A DNA stretch of 64,000 nt from Lophium mytilinum. Taxonomy: Eukaryota. A model generated the notes under the pieces. The model searched no databases, was not told where the DNA came from, and saw only the letters and a list, made by a program, of their open reading frames with translations. The stretch spans positions 127,673 to 191,672 of the forward strand of contig MU004188.1 in NCBI GenBank assembly GCA_010093605.1, read 5' to 3'. The position numbers were made by a program, and so were the translations under genes. Of the stretch, positions 47,300 to 59,125 are shown piece by piece; position 1 is the first letter of the stretch, and each line of letters begins with the position of its first letter.

Positions 47300-50200
47300 A
47301 TGTCAGCCGCTGTGCCAACACGCACCAACTCGACCTCACGGCGCCCGCAAGCCTTGGGGAGCCCCGCCGACCGCCCTCATCGCACCCAGTCGACGACGAC
47401 GAGGCCCACCACTCAGCCGGCAGGCTCTCCCCACCGGTCGCAGTCCCATCATCACGCCCGCACCAACTCCTCCCAGCAGCCTCCTCTACTCAACGCAGCC
47501 CGCCGGGACTTTGAGCAGAGCAACCTCGCCCAGCCCCCGACGCGTCGCAGCGAGTCTAGAGATCGAGCACCGCCTGCGCCTGCTCGCACCGACTCGGTGC
47601 GGAGCTCTCACAATCGTACCTCCTCCCGTTCTGGGCATGCGCGATATGCTTCTGACGCGTCCGCAGCAGCAGCACAAATGGCTACAAACGGAGTCGCAGC
47701 CGATAATGGCTCGCGCTCTCTCGCTACCTCGGGCACGCAGAAACGCAGGACTACAATAGTCGCTCCGAACACAGGGACATGGGCCCTGGGCAAGACGATT
47801 GGTGCTGGGAGCATGGGCAAGGTCAAGCTGGCGAAGAACGTAGCTTCGGGGGAACAGGTGAGTACAGACAGAGCCATTATTCAATGCGTTCTCGTCGCGG
47901 TGTTCCTAACTCTGTTTACTCCAGGTTGCCGTCAAGATTGTGCCAAGACAGTCGCAAGATGAACACCGCACCCAGCAAGATCGCGAAAGGGCCGACCACT
48001 CCAAAGAAGTTCGGACCGCCAGAGAAGCTGCCATAGTAATGCTCCTCAACCACCCATATATTTGCGGCATGCGCGATGTCGTCCGCACAAATTACCACTG
48101 GTACATGCTGTTTGAGTACGTCAACGGCGGCCAGATGCTCGACTATATCATATCTCATGGAAGGCTCAAAGAAAAACAGGCGCGCAAGTTTGCCCGCCAG
48201 ATTGCCAGCGCGCTGGACTACTGCCATCGCAACAGCATTGTTCATCGTGATTTAAAGATTGAGAACATCCTCATCAGCAAAACTGGAGACATCAAAATCA
48301 TCGACTTTGGACTTAGCAACCTCTTTTCCCCTCGCAGCCACCTCAAAACTTTTTGTGGAAGTTTATATTTTGCCGCGCCCGAACTGTTGCAGGCCAAACA
48401 ATACACTGGCCCAGAAGTTGACGTGTGGAGTTTCGGTATAGTGCTCTACGTCTTGGTTTGCGGCAAGGTTCCCTTTGACGATCAGAGCATGCCACAGTTG
48501 CATGCTAAGATCAAGAAGGGTCATGTCGACTACCCGCCATGGTTGTCTGCAGGTAAGCTTTCATGATCCATGTCTGATGGTCACGTGCTTACCATATTCC
48601 TAGAATGCCGCAACTTGATCCACAAAATGCTGCAGACGGATCCTCTCCAGCGCGTCACTCTCAGTGAAATCATGAATCACCCTTGGATCACCAAGGGCTT
48701 CAACTCTCCACCAGAAAACTATCTGCCTCAGCGGGAGCCTCTTCAACTCCCTCTGGATCCTGAAGTAATTGAGAAAATGACCGGATTCGATTTCGGATCC
48801 ACTGAGTATATCACTACGAACCTCACAAACGTCATTCAGTCGGAAGAATACCAAAGAACAGTACGACATGCAGCTCGTAAGCACCAGGCTCAAACCCCGG
48901 AAGCGGAGCGGAAACGCGGCGTATTTGACTTTTACCGGCGACGCAACTCTATCTCAAGTCGAGAGACTTTAGTTACCTCTTCTGTGGAAGCTGTGCAGTT
49001 TGGGCTGGACCCCGTAAATGCATACAGCCCCTTGGTATCCGTGTATTTCCTGGTACGCGAGAAGATGGAGCGCGAGGCCTTAGAGACGAACCCTGGAGCG
49101 CTGAGCATGCCGAAAAGTCCGGGAGAAAAGCCTCTACAGATGCCCGACCTGCCTGCACCAGCGGCAGCATACACTAATTCTGCAGCCTACGAAATGGCTG
49201 GCGAAACCCCTACTGGAGGGCGATCGAGGCCCCGCGCCAGGACACATGGTGAAGATGATGTCACTGATAGCCTGAAACAACTCAACCTCAATGTTCCACA
49301 AGGGCCTGTCTCTCCAGCAATCATCACACCTCCGAGCGATCAACCGTCAATGAAGAAAGAGAGCGCTGCTGCCGGACTGCTACGTCGTTTCAGTACACGC
49401 CGACACCGAGACCCTGAACGGGCAAGTAACCCGCCTCCAACCCCTCAGCTTAATATATCTGGACCTGGAGAAAGTACTGGACAGCCTCCGCGGAAGAGTT
49501 TCAGTGTCCGTAGAACGCGAGATAAGGAGACTCAATCGTCATCAGTTCTCCCTCCCGGTGGCTCGCAGCAACCAGATCTGCTTAGCCCTCCTGGCACTGG
49601 AAGCGGGGCTACACGAAAGCTGAAAGCTCTCGGTCGTTCGACTAGCGTTAATTCGGCAGATCTTCGAAGGCGTTTGAGTCGGCGAGGTGCATCTGAAGGC
49701 CCCCCTGGCGACCCACCGCCTACCAGTGGGTCGGATCATTCTAGTATCAGTGGACACCGGCTGAAACCCGGGGACGCCGCTACAGATGAGCAAGCAGCTT
49801 CACGTCCTCCGAAAACGGCGTCGAGGGCCAAGTCTCTTGGACACGCACGCAGAGAGAGCATCCAAGCTCGACGAGCACGGAGGGAATTGGCCAAGGAAGC
49901 AAACGTTCCAGAAGAGACGGACCAAGATCTCGCCGAGAGTGCTGCGGAGATCAATCGTAGCCCAGAGACGATGAAACCAGTATATCTGAAAGGCCTCTTT
50001 TCCGTAAGCACCACCAGCAACAAGCCACTTACCTTCATCCGCGCGGATATCGTACGAGTACTGAAACAACTTGGAGTCACGTTTCACGAAATTAAAGGCG
50101 GCTTTAAATGTCGACATGCGCCGAGCATCGATCTCAACAAGGTAGTGGACTCTCCATCCACGCCCGGACATCCCTCTAGTAGTGGAGGCCACAAGCGGAA

Positions 50201-50570
50201 GATCAGCTTTGGCGGCTTTATGGGCGGCGACCGCGAGCGAGACGAGTTCAGGGAGGCACAGCGACAGCCGCAGACGCCGAAATCGGCACGATCGCGACCA
50301 GCTGCGAATCCAAGCTTCACCAACTCGGAGGACTCGGAAGAAAGCGATGGGCGAGACGCCAGAAGAGTGGGGAAGCAAGCGGTGCCGGCTGGTGAAACAA
50401 CAACACATGTCCAAAGCGACCTTGGGGGGAGCCTGAGTCTGGTCTTCGAAATTTTGATCGTCAAGGTCCCACTACTGTCTTTGCATGGCATTCAGTTCAA
50501 AAAGGTCGACGGCGGAACATGGCAATACAAGAACATGGCGCAGACAATTCTGGCGGAGCTGCGGTTATAG
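47300..50570 (+). CDS. KIN1: KIN1/KIN2 (MARK/PAR-1 family) Ser/Thr kinase with C-terminal KA1 domain, 3 exons
   Basis: [86 protein letters not shown]; introns 47858-47924 and 48553-48603. Confidence 0.96.
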
Positions 50571-51602
50571 CGGAAAAAAAGATACTCATTCAGGAGAAGG
50601 CGCGTAATGGTGTACCTACACGGCATGTAGACCGAGCACTGGGCATGGCGGCGAGGTAATGCTGGAGTCGTTTTTTCGTCAATCCCTGTTTCAGTGATGC
50701 TGTTGGCCCTCGGTTTTGTTCAGTAGCAATGGCGGATGCTGAGCGTGGCGAATGAGTTTGACGAATCTCATTTGTATTCCTCATTTACTCTAGGAGGGCG
50801 GGGTCGCATGGGCTGGCCTGGGTGGGGGTAGACGCCGTGGTGTGGGAACGAACACTCGCTTTCATTTCTTGCTGATACATACTATACTAATTTATGAGGA
50901 TTTTTATCCCGGGGATTGCTGTTGGTGGATTAGGGAGAATGAACACTGGCTCTCATCTTACTCTGCTCGTAGAACAATGATGTTTCGAATGTCCATCGGT
51001 CTCAGCATGCCCCTTTTGACTATTGATTCGCATAAACCTGAGAGGATGTGTAGTGATCTACGAGTATCGAGGCACTCGTAGACGAGTAGCTCCTATAACC
51101 TTGCCGAGAGATGCGAGTGCTGGAAGTGGATTCAGGACGTTGCGAGGATGTAGAAGAATTGCTCTATTGCAGTGAGAGATTGAGGTTGTTTGTGGGAAAG
51201 GGTGTATTGCAATAGGCTCCTGGTAGGCAACTTGAACACTCTCCTGTGAACCTGCATTCACGCTGTGAAGGTCCCTTCCACTAAACTCATAACAAACAGG
51301 CAGAGTAGAGTCCTGCAGGCAAGTGCCTGCAGCCTTCTGTCAGAGCCCCTTGCCCTGTTCCCCTGATAGTATAGGATGGCTACAACAACCGTTGTGAAGA
51401 CGTGGACAAGATGTGGCCCACCACGCCTCGCTCAACTCCTGGCTCGCGCCGGGGCCGCCGCGGAGGAGATCTGCGGCTAACGCCTAGAGCAGCTAGCGTG
51501 AACAGCTCCAACCTGCACCACGCCAACTACCTCACCCGCGACGAGTTCCGGTTCCGCGACACACACATCTACCATTTTCCCTCACCACAAGGCACCGAAG
51601 AC

Positions 51603-52867
51603 ATGCAGCACGTCTTCTCGCACCAACAGCAGTTCCAGGGCGACTGGGCTGCTGGCCACCATCAGCACCCGGCCCACCACATCCAAGCCCAGCAGCAAGC
51701 CCAAGCCCAAGCTGCCGCCGCCGCCGCTGCCGCTGCCCAGCAGCAGAATTACGCCCGCATTGGAGCGAACAATAATGTGTCAGGCCTAGCAATGGGTAAC
51801 ATGGGCCCTGGCGACCACGGTGCTGGCCTTCTCACCGCGGAACAAGGCATCTCCGAGGACAATAGGCGGGTCTTGGATTGGATTGCCCAGCTGATGAAGC
51901 CTGCGACGCGCGAGACAGCGCTGCTCGAGCTGAGCAAGAAGCGAGAGCAGGTCCCCGAGTTGGCGCTGATTCTATGGCACTCGTTCGGTATGCTTTCCAA
52001 GTCCCTTTGGCTATGGTGGGGCTGGAACCGTGGGCTAACAGTGAATCTCCAGGTGTCATGGCTTCACTGCTGCAGGAGATTATATCCGTCTACCCTCTTC
52101 TAAACCCTTCTCAGCTCACAGCGGCTGCATCGAATCGGGTGTGCAATGCTCTTGCGCTGTTGCAATGTGTGGCATCGCACACGGACACGAGGGGTTTGTT
52201 CTTGAGTGGTGGGTAGCAACGCCTCATGTATCTAACAATGGACACGCTAACTAGTGCAGCACATATCCCGCTTTTCCTATATCCGTTCCTCAACACAACC
52301 TCGAAATCCCGCCCATTCGAGTACCTCCGCCTCACCTCCCTAGGCGTCATCGGCGCACTTGTCAAGAACGACTCCTCCGAGGTCATCAACTTCCTCCTCA
52401 CCACCGAGATTATTCCTCTATGCCTAAGGATCATGGAGACAGGCTCTGAATTGAGCAAGACTGTAGCTATCTTCATTGTGCAAAAGATACTGCTTGACGA
52501 CACCGGGCTGGCTTACATCTGCCAAACATACGAGCGCTTTTACGCCGTCGGGACGGTTCTGAGCAACATGGTAAACCAGCTCGTAGAGCAGCAGACGGTC
52601 AGGCTGCTGAAGCATGTTGTTAGGTGCTTCCTGAGGTACTTTCAACCCACCATACTTTTTGAATGGACGATGCTAATTCGCAATAGACTCAGCGACAATG
52701 CTCGCGCCCGCGAAGCCCTTCGCCAATGCCTTCCCGAGCCCCTCCGCGACGCGACCTTCTCCTCCGTCCTCCGCGACGATGCTGCCACCAAGCGCTGCCT
52801 TGCACAGCTGCTCATCAACCTTTCCGACAACGTCATCGACGCCAACAACCAGGGAATGATGCACTGA
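51603..52867 (+). CDS. RCD1: CCR4-NOT subunit RCD1/CAF40/CNOT9, 4 exons, with Gln/Ala-rich N-terminus
   Basis: [81 protein letters not shown]; introns 51988-52052, 52209-52259, 52636-52686. Confidence 0.97.
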
Positions 52868-53129
52868 TCGAACAAGCCACCCTTCTCTCAGTATCATTAT
52901 ATCCAGACCTCAAATCAGTAGACTACAACCACTCGGTTCTCCCAACCAGGTATAGAACCACACCAGCACGAACGACGGCACGCATGGCATAGCATACGGA
53001 ACGGAACGGCGTACCCCGGTCAACATTCTCTTCCAACCTTGCATATTCTGCTTTACCATCACATATTTGGACACTTTCTGGAATCATGACATTGGTTCCA
53101 ACTTATTTTCAAGGGTTTGCTTTCTTCCT

Positions 53130-53163
53130 TTCTGACCTTTTACTTCTTCTGACCTTTTACTTC
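53130..53163. repeat. 17-bp tandem duplication downstream of RCD1
   Basis: TTCTGACCTTTTACTTC twice in tandem. Confidence 0.85.
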
Positions 53164-53928
53164 TTTCTGAATCTTTCCCGGCCTTGCTTACCACGGATAC
53201 CCAAATACCCCCGTTTCTCACTGGCTTGGGACAGATGCATCTGATTGAGACTGCTCAAGGCGCGAATCACTATGGAATTGGTGGTGCAGTGATGAAGTGA
53301 GGGGGAAAATGCGATATATTTCATTATCTAATTCCAAGGGGTCTGCGTGCTGCTTCGTTTCTCCTTTCACGAGTAATGGGTCATCGGTGCCGGGGTTCTT
53401 TCGCGCATGCATGGAGCCAGGTGCCCAGGTTCTGCTTGGTCGAGGTGCGACCTCGGTGTTGTCTAGAGAAGCGAACGGTGCTTCCTGCGCGGCAGCTGAG
53501 GAGCACATCTAGGTTATGGAGACTATGTATACTATCATGGAGCTTTCTTCCTTAAGGCAGTAATAGAGTGTTTGATAATTGCATTATGATCCTTTGGGGT
53601 GGTTGCAGGTGAGGGTGTGTATGAGGGCGCGGAGGGAGTATTGGAGAAACTAGATTCAAGACAAGGTACGCATACTTACTATGAACTTTCCCATACGCGC
53701 TCTGCCACATCATAATCGGCTATGGCCTGAGGACTATCTATTCCGCACCTATGCCTCAGTTGGGATGTCGCTTAGCTCGGCATAAGCTGAACCACACCGC
53801 CGCTGGCCAAGCTCGTCCCTCAACCACAGTTCCAACCTGCCAACAATACCGTCAAAGGACAATTCCCAGCGACATGCCACGCAAACCAAAAAAAACAAGG
53901 CTTGCGACAACTCCGCCTCGGCTCCACC

Positions 53929-55386
53929 ATGGGCAACCAACTCCTCCTTCTCGGCTTAAGATCCAAGGCTCCGTCTGTTCCATATGAAGGCGATCCAGAA
54001 ATCCTAGCAGAAATGGCATTCAGCGGGTTCTCTCCCGAGGAGCTCTATCTCGCCTTAAATCCGCCATTTCGGATTCTCGACCTTCCCGAAGAGCTGCTAA
54101 ACGAGATTGTTGCGTTAGCCTGTTCCGACTACATGAGTCCAGCGAAGGGCATGTTCGTGCCCAGGCAATCAACCTACAAGGCTGCTCTATCTCTATCACG
54201 AGTTTGCAAGACCTTTTATCGCTTGGCCACTCCAATTCTGTACTCTTCTCTCAAGTATTGGGAGCGCCGTTACGATACCGCCTCTTTGAGAACACCACAT
54301 CAGCTACTTTATCAGACGCTTCAGAGCAAGCCCTCTCTTGCGCGTTGCTGTAAGGAGCTAGAACTTGAGCTACACGACTACAACCGCCCTGATGAAGAAT
54401 CAGAGTCCGACGAATCTCCATCAATCAAAGAGTGTCGTTGCAGCAATCAGCATATCCATGGGTGCGGGTGGAAAGTCGTCCAATCCACACTTGCACTACT
54501 ACCCCGAGTCGAGTCGCTCGGCCTCAGATTTACTTACACGCCAGAGTATACTGCACCAGGGTCACTGTGTCTTCAATCGCTATGTGAGGTTCTTACTCCG
54601 CTGCGGCAGCTGAAGAAACTGAAATTGGGAAATTTTTATAGAGGCAGCAAATTTCCCAAGGTATTACATCTCAGCCTTCGGCCCCCTTATCGTCCTGTGC
54701 ATACTAATACATCCATCGCAGGAATTCGAAGGCTCGGCCGCTTTCACTTCAATCGAGCTGCGACACGTGAACCGTGATTTCGAAGAGTTTGCCGCCTTTC
54801 TAACATGGCCAGCGAGGCTCGAACATGTCACACTTACTGGAACTTTCTTCTGGCCGGAGGACGTTGACTTCAGCACCCTTCGAAACGCTCTCTTACCACA
54901 TCGCGACCACCTAAGTGGTTATCTATCTGCCACTGCAAGGCAATATGCCCAATTGACGTCTCTGATTTTCGGAACCTCGAAACTCTCTGGTTGCACACCC
55001 GCAATATGATCGCTCAGTGGACCGCAGAGGATGTATGCCGGAACATCCTCTCTGCGCCACGCCTGCGGAAGCTGGGCTGGGACGGCTGGCAGGAGGTGGA
55101 TTACGAAGGCGGGCAGGAGATGGATGACCAAGGCTACCCGCATCTGCCATGCCTTGATTCTAGACCTGAGCAGGCGCAGTGGCTAAGCCGTGTTGTGAGT
55201 CTCGCAAGTGCAGACAATTCCGCCCTTCGCGAGGTTGAGATTCTGCTTTGGCCATATGGGAAAGGTCGCAGCCGGAAAACGGAAGCAGAAGCCTATTTGG
55301 AGCTTTTAGACCCTGTCAAGAGTGAGATGGCAGCACTTGGCATGAGGCTGGTCTGTCAGATGTACGCCCTACCGGGTTTGTGGTAG
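53929..55386 (+). pseudogene. F-box/LRR-like gene of a different subfamily, one intron and an apparent frameshift
   Basis: ILDLPEELLNEIV...LSRVCKTFYRLATPILYSSL; intron 54661-54721; plausible coding (PIDVSDFRNLETLWL...APRLRKLGWD) switches frame at ~54915-54945. Confidence 0.6.
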
Positions 55387-55969
55387 GAATGCTGTGGACG
55401 AGTAGGACAATTTGCCTTAACATGGGGAAGGTTTGCTGTCAGTCCCTTGCCATAGGAGGTAGATGTCTGTGCGTTTTCTTCCCACTGTCTGCGGGGCTCT
55501 CATGCTTCATTTGAAGATGGGGCCAACGGATACACTTTCAGCCTGCGCACACCATATCGATACTGTCTGGAATTGCCTCCGTCGTCCACAACAGCGTACT
55601 CCCCTCTCATTTGGAAGGCTGGAAATACCATGAGGTACCTCTCACAGCAATACATGAGCATACGGATATATATCCAGATACGTTTCAAATGTATAGATCT
55701 GCGGCGAGGGAAGGGAGACTGGAGCATCATACCACCTCGCGTGGAGCATCGGTTATAAGAACGTAGAGTGGGTGAATCGGTATCACAGATTGACACATAA
55801 AGCACATGGTAGCTCCGCAAGGTGAATGAAGCCACAAGGAGGTTCGGTCCGCCTATAATACCTTTCTGATGTCTTCCTCATCACCACACTTTTCTCGTCA
55901 ACCACAACAGCACCTTCATACACAACAACACCTTCAACCACAAAAACAGCTTTAACAACTACTCCAAAA

Positions 55970-57383
55970 ATGACCTGTCCACTTCTGGACCTGCCTGTCG
56001 AGCTCCATCTCGTGCTTGTTGACACCATCAAGGAGACTTCATCCACAGAGTCCGAGGCCCGCAGAGACATCATCAGCTTAAGCAGCACTTGCCCATACTT
56101 CCGCTCCCTTCTTTCGCCAATCGTCTTTGACCGTTTCACCCTTCGAAATGACGACTCCGCCCAATCCGTCACTACCCTTGCGGCTCTGAGGGCAAATGAA
56201 CACAATGAACACATTAAGCACTTACGCTTCGAAGGGTCAATGCGTGGCTTTACGGTCGCCGAAAACGGGGGGTACCGTATACGCGACCGTATGCGCATGT
56301 GGCCAGAAGACCTGCATACACTGGAGATCAAGGAGGTTGAGGCTTACTTCTCCGGCGGCGTATACGACGTCCTGTCGAATCTCCACCGCTGGTTCCCGAA
56401 CTTGGACGCGGTCTCCATCCACTTCGACGTTGAAGATTACTGGCACTTCCATTTAGACGTCACAGAATACAACTCTTCTGACGGAATCCTCCTAGAAGAT
56501 CTCCAGCACGCTAAAATCGAGGAACAAGTCAACCCTTATCGCAGACTGATGCCGAAACGTACACCGCGCTGGCTAGGAACAGGTCCCACCATATCCATAC
56601 TCTCTCCTTGCGCGATATGCCCGCCCTGAACGTGTCATCCTTCTCCAATATTTCCTTCCAAGCTTTCCTCCGCGCCTTTCGATCAGTCGACCTCTCACTA
56701 TATGGCGGATACCGCACCTACGCAGGCTACCAAGCCTGCGACTCCTACTCCTTCTTTGCGTAGCAGCTAGCAGTGCTTTTCTTCGATCACCTTAATACCC
56801 CTACCACGACAAGCTTGAGCATTTCCGCGTCCGACGACGGGCCCCTGGGTGCCCCAGACAGCTACAACTTCCCCAAGACGCTCCCGCTCGCGGCCACCCA
56901 CATGTCCGCACTCAAGATTCTCCACCTCGACGGCATCGTTCTCTGCGCCGAGCTCCGCGACTTCCTCGCAACCCACGCAACTAGCCTCGCAGACATTGCC
57001 TTTGTATCCTGTTTTGGTCGTTACAGCGGTCTTGCTAACACACCGTCCACCTGGGCCGCTCTCTTCGAGGGCTTCGCATCCGCCAGCCCCACCGCGCTCC
57101 GGCGCATCGAGGTGAAATCACACCTGTCCTCGCACGACGGGCACCGCGGTGGCGGGCGGATCCCGCTGAATCTCGACCTGAGCGATCAGACTGAGGCTTG
57201 GCTGAAGGCGGGCCCCTCCACGCGGCGCTGCTTTTACTACGAGGCGTGCTGGGATAACGAGCGCGTTTATGTGAGCGAATGGGGGTCCAAATGTGGAGGC
57301 TTATTCGGGAAAAAGACCAGGAGGGGTATGATGCACTGATGCGTATTGCTGCACGCAATGCGGCGAGGGATGTGAGGGGTTGA
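55970..57383 (+). pseudogene. F-box-like paralog 4 with three lesions
   Basis: MTCPLLDLPVELHLVLVDTI...LSSTCPYFRSLLSPIVFDRFTLRN...IKHLRFEGS; frameshift at ~56551 (LM|AETYTALARN), in-frame TAG at 56761-56763, second frameshift ~57290 before DQEGYDALMRIAARN and stop at 57383. Confidence 0.8.
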
Positions 57384-58222
57384 CGCCGTCTGAGGTGGCC
57401 CGAAGAGCTATCCCGCGTGTCGCCTTTGTCGTTTTCCGATTCATAGGGGCATGCCAGGGGCACTCAAGCGTTGGCGGACAATTTTACATAACCCTGAGTG
57501 GGTGCGTATCATATTTGAATAGTCGACCAAACTGCTATACTTCTCTCTTATTTTGAATGCTGCACGCACTATGAAGCTTCTTTTGTAGCGCTGTCGCTCT
57601 ACTCTGCTCAATTAACATCACTATCAAGAGTGACTTTGCCAGAGGGTATTAAGCTACGTCCGAAGCTAGTCTAATATCTCTTCCTTCGCTTAAATGTAAC
57701 TCTCTAGCTTTAAGATTCGGCATTCTGCTTCCTCGCAATGGGGATATCTTACTACTTCACCTCTGCTTTAATCGCTCGATACACTTGTAAGGATTCCCCC
57801 ATCAAGCTGGTAATATCTACCGTGTGGGAAACTAGGCCTTAACTATAGGCTTACAGATATCATAATTCTCTGCCCTTACTCGCTTAACACCACCGTAAGG
57901 GCCGCACCAGCTAGCAGGTACAATCCACGCCAGAAGGTAGTCTAATGTCCACTGTGTAGTATAAGACTAGGTCTTTTATTCAAGCTTGGGGACATCTCAC
58001 TACCCCGAGTCTACCGTTGCTCGCTCGACACCACTGCAAAGAGTGCCTTCGCGAGAAGATATCAGCCACTTCAAACTGTAGTCTAGAATTGAGTGTGCTA
58101 CCATGGCTCACGTCTCCCCGTAACTTAGGTGCAATCTGGCAATCGTTTATGCACGAGCTCTTTCGTTCTCTCTACGACACCGCTTTCGATCTCTCTGATA
58201 CCAACATCTCCAGCAGTCTGCC

Positions 58223-59125
58223 ATGGCGTGCTTACTGCCGGGCCTCGCAGATGAACTCCAACTCCTCATCATCGATGCCATCCATGACCTCGATGCCCTC
58301 GATAATCCCGATTCGCAAAGCTGTCCCAAGACGCTTTTGAATCTGAGTACCACTTGCCTGCAGTATCGCGCACTTCTGCGGCTGAAGCTCTTCGACACCG
58401 CTACACTACGCAACACCATAATTAGCGCGGCTTCAATCCATGCTTTGGCAGCTAGCGAGTACGCCGAGAACGTCAGACACATACAGTTCAAAGGCTCTAT
58501 CGATATTAGGAAATTCTCAGCTGCAATGGACGACGTGATATGCTCTCGAGGAGGTTCCATTGACGTCGACGAGTACCAACGGGCTGCAGCGGCGGTGCTT
58601 TTGCCACGGCAAGTTCATGACATCTTATCGAATCTCGGGCTGTTTGCAAACTTGGACACCTTAACGGTCTGTTTCGACGTCGGTTTAACATGGTGGCCCC
58701 AACACCCACAGCTTCATCTACTACTAGAAGAAGAGAAAACACACCACTGGATGATCCTGTTCAAGAAAACTGCCGAGGCGCTGGCTACGAATCAGCAGCA
58801 CCAGATTACGACACTGAGGCTCTTAGAGGTGGTGCCCACGCCACACTGTTCGTCCTCCAACACCTTGTACTCCACAGCCGGTCGCTTCTTCGAGAGCATT
58901 GAGTCACTTTATGTCACCTTCAAGAAGGATGTCTCCCAAGGATGCGACCTCGACACCAGTTATCCCAGACACTTTCGCATCTCGATGTTTGAGTTCTTTT
59001 CTGGGTATTTACAGGCCGGTAAACATGTCAGATTCGGACAGAAAGAGTGGAGAGTCGATTCTGACGGGCAAAACAAGGTCGATATATTTAATTCCATCGT
59101 TGATCTGTCTCTATTGATGTGGTAG
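58223..59125 (+). CDS. F-box-like paralog 5, C-terminally truncated (300 aa; possibly a pseudogene)
   Basis: MACLLPGLADELQLLIIDAI...LLNLSTTCLQYRALL..LFDTATLRN..SAASIHALAASEYAENVRHIQFKGS; stops ~130 aa earlier than the intact paralogs. Confidence 0.7.
   Translation: MACLLPGLADELQLLIIDAIHDLDALDNPDSQSCPKTLLNLSTTCLQYRALLRLKLFDTATLRNTIISAASIHALAASEYAENVRHIQFKGSIDIRKFSAAMDDVICSRGGSIDVDEYQRAAAAVLLPRQVHDILSNLGLFANLDTLTVCFDVGLTWWPQHPQLHLLLEEEKTHHWMILFKKTAEALATNQQHQITTLRLLEVVPTPHCSSSNTLYSTAGRFFESIESLYVTFKKDVSQGCDLDTSYPRHFRISMFEFFSGYLQAGKHVRFGQKEWRVDSDGQNKVDIFNSIVDLSLLMW

Noticed and set aside
46028..47759. Long GC-rich ORFs (46647-47759, 46831-47514, 46028-46633)
   Set aside because: Low-complexity alternative frames over the GPATCH1/KIN1 divergent promoter and KIN1 5' region, with no domain signal.
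55088..55134. Imperfect 24-nt tandem duplication (QEVDYEGG/QEMDDQG)
   Set aside because: Two degenerate copies within a decaying F-box gene; no array structure.
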